A DNA stretch of 64,000 nucleotides, from assembly GCA_963827235.1 (NCBI GenBank), contig CAWHAE010000007.1:1-64000 (forward strand), given 5' to 3'. The translations under genes were made by a program, and so were the position numbers. The notes beneath the pieces were generated by a model, which was given only the letters and a program-made list of their open reading frames with translations, did not search any database and had not been told where the DNA came from. Source of the stretch: an uncultured bacterium (GTDB taxonomy: Bacteria > Chloroflexota > UBA5177 > JANWHV01). Positions 19,769 through 29,992 of the stretch are shown piece by piece (positions within the stretch are counted from its first letter, which is position 1; each line of letters begins with the position of its first letter).

Positions 19769-21171
19769 TAGACGACCGCCGCTTCTTCGCGCAGACTGTC
19801 GGTGAAGACGTCGAACAGCAGGTCTGCCTCGTGCTGGGTGATCGTCAAGGGCGGCGCCAGGGCAATCCAGTCCGGGTCGGCGCGCAGCAAGAGCCCCTTG
19901 GCCTGGGCGCGCTTGGCGACCTTCTGTCCAAACCGCCTATCGGCGGCGAAGGGTATGCCGGCCGCGGCGTCGCGCGCCAGGCCGATGCCGATCAGCAAGC
20001 CTCTGCCGCGCACATCCGTGATCACGTTGAGGTCGTCGAGCTCGGCCAGGCGGCCTCGCAAGTACTCGCCCTGGCGGCGCGCATTGGCACACAGGTCGCG
20101 GTCCAGGATCTCCTGCACGCAGGCCAGGCCGGCGGCACTGGAAAGCGGATTGCCGCCGAAGGTGTTGCCGTGGGAAAACTCCACGTGATCGGCATCCTCT
20201 CCCCAGAACGCGGCTGCCACGTGATCGCGGTAGGCGATGGCGGCCAATGGACCGTAGCCGCCTCCCAGACCCTTGCCCATGCAGAGCACGTCGGGCAGCA
20301 CGTCGAAGGTCTGCGCGGCAAACATGTTCCCGGTGCGTGCAAATCCGGTGATCACTTCGTCGAAGATCAGGAGCACGTTGTGCCGGTCGCAGATCTGCCG
20401 CAAGCGCGGCAGATAGTCGGGAGGAGGCGTGGTAATGCCGCCGGTGTTGCTGATCGGCTCGACGATCACGGCGGCGACGCTCTCGGGCCCTTCCAGATCG
20501 ATCAGCCGCTCGATCTGATCCACACAGGTTACGCCGCACCCTGGGTAGTGAAGACCGAAGGGGCAGGCTTGGCAGGTGGGCGGCATAGCCTTCAGGAAGC
20601 CGGCCAGCGTGGGCTCGAAAACCGTCTTTCGCTTGGCCAGTCCGCTGGCCGACAGGGCGCCCATGGTGCCGCCGTGGTAGGCGCGATAGAGGCTCACGAT
20701 CTTGAACTTGTGGGGATTGCCCGTTTGGCGATGATACTGGCGTGCGAGCTTCATCGCCGCTTCGGTCGTCTCGGAGCCAGTGGAGAACAGTTTCACGGTA
20801 TTGAGATCGCCGGGTGTGATCGAGGCGATCAGATTGGCAAGCTGAACGGCCGGCACGTTCGTGCCGTGCAGCGGCGGAGCAAAGCACATGCGATCGATCT
20901 GGGCGTGCAGCGCCGCCAGCACGCGCGGGTTGGCGTGCCCGACGTTGGCGACGAAGATGCCGGAGCACCCGTCCATGTAGCGCTTGCCGTACACGTCCCA
21001 GTACCACACGCCCTCGGCCCGCGCCATCACCAGCGGCTCGTCCAGGAAGCTCTTCATCTGTCGCAGGTCGAGGACGATATGCCGGAGCAGATCGGGCGAG
21101 GCGTAGCGGGCAAGATCGTTGCCTGTCCCGGCAGTGTCGCCGAGCCTCACGGGGTCCTGTTCTTCAATCAT
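19768..21171 (-). CDS. Class III PLP-dependent aminotransferase
   Basis: YHGGT, IFDEVITGFARTG, PDVLCMGKGLGGG (PLP Lys), HGNTFGGNP. Confidence 0.93.
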   Translation of the reverse strand: MIEEQDPVRLGDTAGTGNDLARYASPDLLRHIVLDLRQMKSFLDEPLVMARAEGVWYWDVYGKRYMDGCSGIFVANVGHANPRVLAALHAQIDRMCFAPPLHGTNVPAVQLANLIASITPGDLNTVKLFSTGSETTEAAMKLARQYHRQTGNPHKFKIVSLYRAYHGGTMGALSASGLAKRKTVFEPTLAGFLKAMPPTCQACPFGLHYPGCGVTCVDQIERLIDLEGPESVAAVIVEPISNTGGITTPPPDYLPRLRQICDRHNVLLIFDEVITGFARTGNMFAAQTFDVLPDVLCMGKGLGGGYGPLAAIAYRDHVAAAFWGEDADHVEFSHGNTFGGNPLSSAAGLACVQEILDRDLCANARRQGEYLRGRLAELDDLNVITDVRGRGLLIGIGLARDAAAGIPFAADRRFGQKVAKRAQAKGLLLRADPDWIALAPPLTITQHEADLLFDVFTDSLREEAAVV

Positions 21172-22538
21172 GCGTGCTCCTTGCCAGCGGCGATTCGTCG
21201 ATCCAGAACCGGCAACCGATCTCTGCCGGAGAGAAGCATAGAGATGCGTGCCACCGCGTCGCGGCTATTCCTGGCCGGGGCCTCGCTTCCGCCGGCCGCG
21301 GGCGCAGGCCGTCCCAGCAGGCGCTCGGCGGGCGCGGCGAACAGCCAGTCGATGGCCTGCAGGCTCACGCCGCGGGCGGCGGCGTCGTTGCCCAGGGCGC
21401 CTGGCACCAGGGTGCGCGTGGCGGGCAACATGGGAAGGACGTGCAGCCGGATCATGCGTTGCGCTGCCTCCAGGACCAGCGGGCTACAGTGAGCCAGGGC
21501 GCCGCCAAGCACCACGAGGTCGACGCCCAGCAGGTTGAGGGCCATGCTGATCGCGATGCCCAGGCGCTCGCCGGCTTCGGTCAGCAGCCCCAGTGCCAGC
21601 TTGTCACCGCTTCCTGCCGCCGCTGCCAGGTCCGCCAGTGAAAGGCTCTCCACCTGCTCGGCCAGGCTGGAGAAGACGCCCCGTTGGAGCAGGTCCCGGG
21701 CGCGCGCAAGAATGGCGCGCACCGAGCTGGTAGCCTGCAGGCAGCCTCGATTGCCGCACTGGCAGAGGTCCCCACCCGGCTCGACCGTGACGTGGCCCAG
21801 CTCTCCAGCCAGCCCATGAGCGCCGCCGAACGGCCGGCCGTCGATCATGAGGCTGGCGCCGATCGACGCGCCGGCGTCGACGAAGAGGAACGATCGTCCC
21901 GGAGCGGCGCCGCCGCGGGCCGCTCCCAGGCGCAGCTCGGCAACCGATTTCGCGCGCGCGGCTTCTTCGATGATCACGGGCAGGCTCAGAGCGGAGCCCA
22001 AGAGAGCGGCAATGGGAAAGTCGCCCCAGCCGGGCGTATTGCTGCGCGCCAAGCAGCGGCCCCGCTCCCCGTCGATGATGCCGGTCACGGAGACGCCGGC
22101 GACGGCGACGGCCTGCCAGGATATACCTGCCTCGGAGACGACGTCACGAACGAGCCCGGCAAGCCTGGCCACGATCTGCGGCTGGGTAGCTCCGGCCAGT
22201 AGCTCGCTGGATGCCTCCCGGTAGGTGAGCGGCATGCCCTGAAGGTCCGAGACGAGCACGTGCAGCATCTCCGTGCCGATATCCACGCCGATCACGTAGG
22301 CCGCATGCGGCTGAAGCTCGAGCAGCAGCGCGTGCCGGCCGGGTCCGGCGACCTCGTGCCAGCCGGCCTCGCGGATCAGGCCTACCTCTTGAAGAGAGGC
22401 GACAATGCGGGCGGTCATGGCCGTGCTGAGGTCGACCGCCGCGGCCACGTCGGCGCGGGTTGCCTGCCCGCGCGCACGAACCGCCTCGAGCACCGCGACC
22501 TGGCTCCGCGTGAGCACTGTTGCCGCCCTCTCGGACAT
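21168..22538 (-). CDS. ROK family transcriptional regulator
   Basis: N-terminal HTH (TRADVAAAVDLS), GVDIG, AGELGH, CQCGNRGCL. Confidence 0.92.
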   Translation of the reverse strand: MSERAATVLTRSQVAVLEAVRARGQATRADVAAAVDLSTAMTARIVASLQEVGLIREAGWHEVAGPGRHALLLELQPHAAYVIGVDIGTEMLHVLVSDLQGMPLTYREASSELLAGATQPQIVARLAGLVRDVVSEAGISWQAVAVAGVSVTGIIDGERGRCLARSNTPGWGDFPIAALLGSALSLPVIIEEAARAKSVAELRLGAARGGAAPGRSFLFVDAGASIGASLMIDGRPFGGAHGLAGELGHVTVEPGGDLCQCGNRGCLQATSSVRAILARARDLLQRGVFSSLAEQVESLSLADLAAAAGSGDKLALGLLTEAGERLGIAISMALNLLGVDLVVLGGALAHCSPLVLEAAQRMIRLHVLPMLPATRTLVPGALGNDAAARGVSLQAIDWLFAAPAERLLGRPAPAAGGSEAPARNSRDAVARISMLLSGRDRLPVLDRRIAAGKEHA

Positions 22539-22583
22539 AGCAGCCTCGACTTCCCAGCATGGCGATCTCAAGCAATGCTGCCT

Positions 22584-22647
22584 ATCCTAATGGTCCCCAC
22601 GATAACGTTCAACATCCGATCGGCTATTTCATCTCATGGGTGGACTA
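22584..22647 (-). promoter_or_regulatory. Sigma70 promoter and candidate 23-bp ROK operator
   Basis: TTGAAC-N17-TAGGAT (22612-22584); imperfect palindrome TATTTCATC-N5-GGTGGACTA at 22625-22647. Confidence 0.5.
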
Positions 22648-22894
22648 TCCGACCCGGATACGCCCCGGAACGTCGCGCCTGGCCCCAGCCCGTGCGAAGA
22701 ATCGCGGCGCGCTTCAGACCACGAGCCGCCGGCGTGGGAACCGCGGAAGGCAGCCGGGCGCGTGATGTGCGGCACGCTCGGCGTCGAGCCGCCGCCCGGG
22801 CGGGTTCTGCCCGGGCGGCGGACTTCGGCCAAAGAGTAGTCAAATCGCAGGCGCGGCGCGCTCGCTCGCGAGCAGCCAGAGCGCTACGCGGCGA

Positions 22895-23629
22895 TCAGGA
22901 TCGCCTGGTCGGCACCAGCACGATCTCCTCGATGGTCGCCCGCAGTGGCAGGGAGACTGCCGTCGCCACGCAAGCCGCCACGTCCTCCGGCAGCAGCATC
23001 AGGGCCCGCGCCCGGGGACCCGGCGGACTCGGACGGTGGTCCAGAATCGCGGTGTCGGTATCACCCAGCGTGATCACCGTGCTGCGAATGCCGTGCCGGC
23101 CCTCCTCCGCGTTGATCGTGGCGCTGAGCGCCGCCAGCCCGGCCTTGGCGGCGATATAGGCCGCGCCGGCAAGCGGGCCCGGCCGCCGCGCGGATATGGA
23201 GCCGATGTGCACGATCGTGCCCCCGCCCTGCCGGCGCATGGCGGGCAAGACGGCGTGCACGAAGCGGTAGCAGCCGTGGAGATTCACGTCAATCAACCGT
23301 TCCCACTCATCTTCCCGTAGCTCCGCGAGCGAGCGCTGCGAAATGTTGGCACCGGCCGCGTTCACCAGCACGTCGACCCGGCCCCATTCCGCGAGCACGT
23401 GCTGAGCCAGCTCGGTCACGGCGGCTGAGCTGCCGGCATCGCAGGGAGCAACGCGCGGCGGTGCGCCTCCGGCCGCCTCGATACCTGCCGCCGTCTCCTC
23501 GAGCGCGGCGACCCTGCGCCCGGTGAGCACGATCGCGAGCCCGTGCCGCGCGAGGGCCAAGGCACAGGCGCGTCCGATGCCGCTTCCCGCGCCCGTCACC
23601 ACTGCCACCGGCCTTCCGTCTGCCAGCAT
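22895..23629 (-). CDS. Short-chain dehydrogenase/reductase
   Basis: TGAGSGIG, VNAAG, YIAAKAG; GAGGAG RBS. Confidence 0.9.
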   Translation of the reverse strand: MLADGRPVAVVTGAGSGIGRACALALARHGLAIVLTGRRVAALEETAAGIEAAGGAPPRVAPCDAGSSAAVTELAQHVLAEWGRVDVLVNAAGANISQRSLAELREDEWERLIDVNLHGCYRFVHAVLPAMRRQGGGTIVHIGSISARRPGPLAGAAYIAAKAGLAALSATINAEEGRHGIRSTVITLGDTDTAILDHRPSPPGPRARALMLLPEDVAACVATAVSLPLRATIEEIVLVPTRRS

Positions 23630-23981
23630 TGTCTCTCCTCGTTCACCCGGGGCGCCGCGCATCCTGCCGGTCACGCACCGTGCGGGTAGCTGTATGGTGC
23701 CGCATCCAGCGCTATCGGTCTGCCAAGGTCATGGATCGGCGCCTCACCACTTCGCCAAGATGTGGCATTCCGCCTTCCTCGCCCGGGCCGGCGTGAGGCA
23801 GACTTGCCGGATGCACCTGCCGACCTCTGATCGGCAGGCATGTCTCGCGTGACTCGACGCTTGGGAGGAAGGGTATGCTAGCTCTTGTCCTGCTCTGCGC
23901 CCGGATCGGCTGCCGGAGCGGTCCGAGAAGCGAGAGACCGGCGAAGAATCTCACCCATGTACGGTCAGGAGGAGTGTACAA

Positions 23982-24539
23982 ATGATCGACGAAACGACCT
24001 GGAAGGCAGGCTATTGGCGTAACGAGCCGCACCGGTGGCACAGGGAGCCCGACGGCACCGTGATCGTGGAGGCAGATCCGCATACCGACTTCTGGCGTCT
24101 GACCCATGACGGCGGGATCCGCCACTCGGGCCACCACTTCGGCGTGCAGGTGGCCGGCGACTTCACGATGACAGTGTCCGCGGGCGGCGCGTATAAGAGC
24201 TTGTACGATCAGGCCGGTGTGATGGCGTGCGCGGACGACACTCGGTGGCTCAAGGCCGGAGTCGAGTTTTTCGAGGGTGTTCCGCGCCTGAGCTGCGTGG
24301 TGACGCGAGATACTTCCGACTGGTCTCTTGGCGAGCGGGCAGGGGACACCGTGTGGATCCGCTTGCAGCGCGCGGGTGCAGAGCTCATGCTGTCGTTCTC
24401 CGCCGACGGCAAGACGTTCGCGCTGGCGCGCCAGTGCACGCTGGCGGACGGCCCGATGCACGTCGGCCTCCAGTGCTGCGCCCCCGGCGATAACAGCTTC
24501 ACCGCTACGTTCTCCCACTTTGCCATTGCCGTGCCCTGA
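23982..24539 (+). CDS. DUF1349 (concanavalin-like) protein
   Basis: WRNEP..W, TDFWRLTH, YDQAG, WLKAGVE, SCVVT..SDWS; AGGAGG RBS. Confidence 0.88.
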   Translation: MIDETTWKAGYWRNEPHRWHREPDGTVIVEADPHTDFWRLTHDGGIRHSGHHFGVQVAGDFTMTVSAGGAYKSLYDQAGVMACADDTRWLKAGVEFFEGVPRLSCVVTRDTSDWSLGERAGDTVWIRLQRAGAELMLSFSADGKTFALARQCTLADGPMHVGLQCCAPGDNSFTATFSHFAIAVP

Positions 24540-24681
24540 CGTCCGCCCGGCCCCATCGAAGTGAGGCACCGATTATCAAGACGGCTGCAGCAGTGTGTGG
24601 TCAACACTCCGGCCCCCTGGCGGCTGAACGAGCGGTACAGGTGGGGAGCAAGCGTCTTCCTGGGCATACTGCTCGCGATGC

Positions 24682-26169
24682 CTACCGATAATCGAGCATG
24701 AGCACGCTCGCCGAGTGAGGAGGCAGGTCGAGCACGCAGGAATCGCCGGACGCGGCAACCTCCCTGCTCTCGGCACGCACATCGTCGGGGTGACCCAGAT
24801 CGTTGAAGGAAGCGACCGCCGGGCCGCCGACCGTGTACAGAGTGGCTGCCCGATCCCGCAGGGTGGTGCCGGGCAGCCACACCGTGCAGGTGACCACGTC
24901 GTCGGGGTGGAGATTGGCGATGGCGACCGCGATGCGCTGGGCCGACCGGTCCATGGTGGCGGCGACATCGCAGTACGGCACGGCAGCTGCGGTCCCGTCC
25001 TCGCTCCTCGCCTCGAAAGTGGGCGCGGCACAATGAGCGTCGAGCACCTCGGCGAGCGTGTGATTGGCGTAGAGCTCGCACACGTGATAGGTGGGCCGGA
25101 GGATCAGCCCGCCGGCATGGGTGTAGATGGCACCACGGGCGTTGACCAGGGGCGAGAAGTTCGTCATGGCGACGCTGCGGCAATGGCGGAGAGCGGCGTT
25201 GAGGAAACAGGCGTGCAGTACCGCATCGGCCATGGTGTAGGTGGCGTTTTCGTCGTTCAGGTCGCGCTCGTCGAGCCGCGGATCGGCGTCCAGGAAGCTT
25301 GGGTGGTGCCAGAAACGCGGGTTCCACTCGTCGAAGGCAATGCGCACGCGCCCGGCCATGTCGGTAGCGGCAAGGATGTGCTCCATGCGCGTGATGTGCT
25401 CTTCGATCAACCGTGCTTGCGCCATGCAGGCGGGATAGGCCGTGGTCTGACGAGCCAGATAGGCATGGATGGAGATCAGGTCCAGGTAGCGCCCGGCGCG
25501 CTGGAGCAGCCTGAGATTCCAGTCCAGGTCGGCAGTGCTGGCAGCCGACAGGACGATCGAACCGTCGACGCGCCGCATCATCTTGGCCGTCTCGGCGACG
25601 TAGCGGCTCCACTCGTCGGCCTCCTTGGCGCCCAGTTCCCAATGCCCGTAGTTCTCGTTGCCGACGCTCCAGTAGCGGACACGGTGCGGCTCCGGGTAAC
25701 CGTTGGCCGCGCGTAGTCGCGCCCAACGCCCCTGCGCGGACAGGTTGCAATACTCGAGCCAATCGGCGGCTTCCTCCGGAGGGGCCGTGCCCGCGTTCGT
25801 GCAAATATAGGGCTCGGCGCCCGTGGCGCGGCAGAATGCGATGAACTCGTCGGTGCCGAAGTTGTTCGACTCCTCGACGCGCCATGCCTTGTCGTACGCC
25901 GGCTGCCGCCGCGGTCCGACGCCGTCCTGCCAGTGGTAGGCCGAGACGAAACAGCCGCCGGGCCAGCGAATGACGGATGGCTTGAGACGCCGGATCGCCT
26001 CGATCACGTCAGTGCGGAAGCCCTGCTCGTCTGCCAGTGGTGAGCCGGGATCGTAGATGCCCCCGTAGATCTGCCGGTGGAAATGCTCGATGAAATGCCC
26101 GAACATGAGCGGATCGCGCGAGCCAAGGAGGCGATCGCGATCGACGTGAACACGGACCCGCGGGTTCAT
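24682..26169 (-). CDS. Alpha-L-arabinofuranosidase, GH51
   Basis: FGHFIEH, RWPGGCF, FGTDEF, VGNE (acid/base), FDEWN (nucleophile). Confidence 0.93.
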   Translation of the reverse strand: MNPRVRVHVDRDRLLGSRDPLMFGHFIEHFHRQIYGGIYDPGSPLADEQGFRTDVIEAIRRLKPSVIRWPGGCFVSAYHWQDGVGPRRQPAYDKAWRVEESNNFGTDEFIAFCRATGAEPYICTNAGTAPPEEAADWLEYCNLSAQGRWARLRAANGYPEPHRVRYWSVGNENYGHWELGAKEADEWSRYVAETAKMMRRVDGSIVLSAASTADLDWNLRLLQRAGRYLDLISIHAYLARQTTAYPACMAQARLIEEHITRMEHILAATDMAGRVRIAFDEWNPRFWHHPSFLDADPRLDERDLNDENATYTMADAVLHACFLNAALRHCRSVAMTNFSPLVNARGAIYTHAGGLILRPTYHVCELYANHTLAEVLDAHCAAPTFEARSEDGTAAAVPYCDVAATMDRSAQRIAVAIANLHPDDVVTCTVWLPGTTLRDRAATLYTVGGPAVASFNDLGHPDDVRAESREVAASGDSCVLDLPPHSASVLMLDYR

Positions 26170-26758
26170 CCGGTACCCCCTCCTGCCGTACGCTCTGCTG
26201 CGCGTACGTGGCCAGTGTAGCAGCGGGAAGCGCCGGCGCAGGACTGTTCCTATGCCGGGGTGACCTGGTGCCTGACCGTCGCTTGCCCCGCCGGGATCGG
26301 CCCGCCGTGCCGCGGGCTACCGCCTGCTCGTTCCACGCACGGCCTGGCGCGGATACCGGGGTGGCAGCCCGTGCCCTGGGCCGATGCTCAACCTGGGTGG
26401 CAGCTAGAGCGTTCGGGCGGCAGGCCAGGCGACGCCGCAATTCCAGGAGGAGCGACTAGGGCAGCCTGCTGCAACACCTGCTGCGCGTGGGCGGAGCAGA
26501 CAAGGTGCGGGCACTCACCGACCTCAGCAGTTATGAGAAGAGCAACAATCCTGACGGCAAGGAGATCAACAGCGATCCGTGTGCACTGGCGGGCGCGCAC
26601 CTTTGCCTGCAGACCAGCCAGCCTATGCACTGCACTCCTCGCAAACCGTGAGCCTACCCGACTTCCTTAGCCCCCAGCCACACGTCTTCAGGCGGGCGGC
26701 GAGCGTGATCAGTCAGGCCGGGGGCCCGCTCCCAAACCGGCAGATCGTCTGTGAAGCT

Positions 26759-26780
26759 CCGATTACCCTTGGGTTATCGG
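26759..26780. terminator. Hairpin downstream of the hydrolase gene
   Basis: CCGATTACCC-TT-GGGTTATCGG (1 mismatch), 12 bp after the stop; no U-tract. Confidence 0.35.
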
Positions 26781-26791
26781 TCAAAGCCGCC

Positions 26792-27592
26792 TCAGGCGAG
26801 CACCCTGCCGAGGAACGCAAGCATCTCGCTGTTGAATTGCTCCGGCCTCTGGAGCGGGGCGAAATGGCTCACGCCGGCGAGGATCCGGAGCTCCGCGCCG
26901 GGAATGCTCTTCGCCAAATACTCGGCGTGTTCGCGTTTGATGAATTCATCGTGCTCGCTTTGTACGACTGTAACTGGGACGCGGACGCGCGCCAAATCAT
27001 CGGCCGAGTAGTTGGGCTGTGTCCTCTGCATCAGTCCGACCGCAGCGCAAAACGCATCGAACTGGTCCGGCGTGGTCGACAGAAGGGCATAGTCCTTGGC
27101 GTGACGGCCGAAACACCGGTCCAGGATCGGACTGGGCGCGATGTCCTTCGTGCCGCTGGGATCCATGTTGCAGCCAAAGAAGAACACACCCGCAATCCGC
27201 GCTGGGGCGTTCGCTCCGAGGATCAAGGCGATGCAGGCCCCGTCACTCCAGCCGACCACGGCCGCTTTGTCCAGACCTACGATACCCATGACGGCGAGAA
27301 CGTCGGACGCCATCAGCTCATAGGAAAACGGCCGCCCGTCGCGCGTGCTGCGGCCGTGGCCACGGCTATCGATGAGCACGACACGATAGCCGGAGCGGAT
27401 CAGCGCCGGGACCTGATAGCCCCAGTTGCCGCTGTGGCCGAGGCCGCCGTGCAGCAGGATGACGGGCTGGCCAGACCCGTATGCTGCATACCAAATCCGA
27501 GCTCCATCGTGCTCGACATGGCCTTCCTCCGTTGTGACCGGTAAGGGTGCGGCACCGGTCGCGGCGAACGTGGTGAGGTCGTCGTCTTGCAT
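26792..27592 (-). CDS. Alpha/beta hydrolase
   Basis: LLHGG, DSRGHGRS, GWSDG nucleophile elbow, SHFAPLQRP. Confidence 0.92.
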   Translation of the reverse strand: MQDDDLTTFAATGAAPLPVTTEEGHVEHDGARIWYAAYGSGQPVILLHGGLGHSGNWGYQVPALIRSGYRVVLIDSRGHGRSTRDGRPFSYELMASDVLAVMGIVGLDKAAVVGWSDGACIALILGANAPARIAGVFFFGCNMDPSGTKDIAPSPILDRCFGRHAKDYALLSTTPDQFDAFCAAVGLMQRTQPNYSADDLARVRVPVTVVQSEHDEFIKREHAEYLAKSIPGAELRILAGVSHFAPLQRPEQFNSEMLAFLGRVLA

Positions 27593-27605
27593 GTCTCTTA
27601 TGGCC

Positions 27606-28544
27606 TCACACCTGCTGGACCTCGCCCACCATGTTCGCCCGCAGATGCTCGATGTCCCGTGCCGGCGAGGTCCCGAAGTGCTTCTTGTAATCGCGGCTGA
27701 AGTGGGACGCGTCGTGGTACCCGACCTTGAACCCGGCGCTGGTGGCGTCCAAGTGCTCGCCCAGCATCAGCCGCCTTGCCTCGCGCAGTCGCAGCTCTTT
27801 CTGGAACTGTAGCGGGCTCATGTCGGTAATTGCCTTGAAGTGGTCGTGGAAGCCCGACGAGCTCATGCCCAGATCGCGCGCGATGTTCTCGATGCGCAAC
27901 GGCCGGTCGAAGTCCTGCCGCAGCCGCTCGACGGCCTGGGCGATGCGGTGCGAGTGGCCGCCGAGCAACGGCAGGTGCTGCAAGCGACTGCCCTGCTCGC
28001 CCAGCAGGAGCCGGAAAACGATCTCGCGCTTGACGAGCGGGGCGAGCACCCGCGCCTGGGCGGGGGAGTCGATCAGCCGCACGAGCCGCAGGGTGGCGTC
28101 GAGCAGCTCGGTATCGAGGGCGCTGACGACGAGGGCCTTGGCGTCGCTCTGGCTGCGCGGCGCCGGCAGCCCCGCCTCGACCATTACCGAGCCGACCAGG
28201 GTGGGATCGAGATCCAGGCGCAGGCTCAGGTAGGGACGTTCCGTGGAGGCCTCGACGATGCACGAGGTGATAGGGAGCTCGACCGTCGCGAGCAGATAGT
28301 GCTCCACGTCGTAGCAGTAGCAACGCTCTCCGAGGTAGATCCTCTTGAGCCCCTGGGCAATGACGCAGAACGACGGCTCGGAGAGCCCATGGACCCGCTC
28401 GGTCGGCTGCGACATTCGGTTCAGGTGCAGTCCCGCAATCGGCTCCGCGGCGCCATCCACGCGATTGGCGTCCGCGATACGCGTGACCAATTCTTCTCGG
28501 TTCGCTCTGTCCCGCAGCTCGGTGCGTTCCTGCCCTGATCCCAT
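27606..28544 (-). CDS. AraC family regulator (YqhC-like N-terminal domain)
   Basis: PSFCVIAQG.K, GMSSSGFHDHFK..MSPLQFQK, VGYHDASHFSRDYKKHFG. Confidence 0.92.
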   Translation of the reverse strand: MGSGQERTELRDRANREELVTRIADANRVDGAAEPIAGLHLNRMSQPTERVHGLSEPSFCVIAQGLKRIYLGERCYCYDVEHYLLATVELPITSCIVEASTERPYLSLRLDLDPTLVGSVMVEAGLPAPRSQSDAKALVVSALDTELLDATLRLVRLIDSPAQARVLAPLVKREIVFRLLLGEQGSRLQHLPLLGGHSHRIAQAVERLRQDFDRPLRIENIARDLGMSSSGFHDHFKAITDMSPLQFQKELRLREARRLMLGEHLDATSAGFKVGYHDASHFSRDYKKHFGTSPARDIEHLRANMVGEVQQV

Positions 28545-28787
28545 TGCGACCACCGGTGCCTGTTCTTGTGGACGAATCGCAGTTTTGGAGGATGATACAA
28601 GGTTCTTGGAAGAACGTCCATCCAGCACAATGCCCGAGACGCCTAGAATGAAGAGCTAACCGGGGGGAAACGGCCGGCGCAGGCACGGTCCCAGTCTGGA
28701 CCTTTGTCTCAGGCAAGGCGATCGCCGCCTCTCGCGCAGGGACCCCGGCGACGACGCTCGGCAGGGTGGAGCGACGCCTCAAACCGT

Positions 28788-28972
28788 CTCGCAGCCTTCG
28801 AGCAAAGCACCAGCCGAGTACTTTACCAGCACGGTACGTATTGATCCCCTGTTCCAGGTCACCGCGCCGGCGCGCGGCCGGCGCCAGTGTCACGCTCGAG
28901 CCCGGCGCGCACACCGCGTGGCACACCCACCCGCTGGGCCAGGCCCTGATCGTGACGGCTGGCTGCGGCCAT
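28788..28972 (+). pseudogene. Cupin-domain gene fragment
   Basis: [17 protein letters not shown]...[30 protein letters not shown]; no start, frameshifted, 3' truncated. Confidence 0.75.
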
Positions 28973-28999
28973 GCGCCTATGCGATGATCAGACCCGCCG

Positions 29000-29462
29000 C
29001 TAACGCCATGCCGACATCGTGCCCAGTCGCTTGCCAACCACGTCGAGGAAGATGGCGACCAACAGGATCGCGCCTTTCACGGCCGGGATCAGATAGGGAT
29101 CCGTGGCCTGCAGGATGAGCCCGCTGTCGAGACTGGCAATCACCAGGAAGCCGAGCAGGACGGACCAGACGGAGCCCTTGCCACCGGTAAGGCTCACACC
29201 GCCGATTACGGCGATGGAGATAACGTCCAGCAGCAGGTCGGACGACACCAAGGTGGTCGAGGCAGTAGGCTGGTATCCAAGCAGCAGCACGCCAGCGACA
29301 CCGGCCATGCAGCCGGAGATGGCAAAGCAGGACCACTTGATGAAGGTCGTGTTGATGCCTGCACGGCGCGCTGCCTCCATGTTGCCGCCGACGGCGTAGA
29401 TGTGCCGGCCATAGGGCATGCGCGTGGTCATGAACCAGAACAAGGCCACGAACGCGCACAGG
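29000..29462 (-). pseudogene. Monosaccharide ABC permease (XylH-like) 3' fragment
   Basis: YGRHIYAVGGNMEAARRAGI, IAVIGGVSLTGGKGS; N-terminal two thirds absent. Confidence 0.8.
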
Positions 29463-29992
29463 ATCGGGACTCGTATCCTTGATCACAAATCGCGCGACAC
29501 ATCGTCCCAGCCGCATGACGCTCGCCTTATCGGCCACTTCGAAGACGTTCTGCATATTGTGCGTGATGATGACGACCGCAAGACCCTGGTCGCGCAGCCG
29601 CAGGACGAGATTGAGCACCTGCCGCGTCTGGGTCACGCCGAGCGCGGCGGTCGGCTCGTCCAGGATCACCACTTTTGGTGACCAGAGCACGGCTTTGGCC
29701 ACGGCAATGGACTGGCGTTGGCCGCCCGAGAGCTGTGCGACGAGGCTACGGACCGAGGGAATGTTGATGCGCAGCAACGACAGCGCCTCACGGGCGTGCC
29801 GTTCCATGGGCTCCTCGTGAATGGCACGCAGGAAGACACCTCGCGTGCGCTCCCGGCCCAGAAAGAGATTGGCCACGACGTCGAGGTTGTGGCAGAGCGC
29901 CAAGTCCTGATAGACCGTCTCCACTCCTGCTCGAGTGGCGTCGCTCGGCGTTCGAAAGTGCTGGAGCTGCCCGTCGAGCCAGACCTGGCCGG
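29463..29992 (-). pseudogene. Sugar ABC ATPase fragment lacking Walker A
   Basis: VYQDLALC, LSGGQRQ, ILDEPTAALG and H-loop ITHN present; N-terminus replaced by antisense ROK sequence. Confidence 0.8.
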
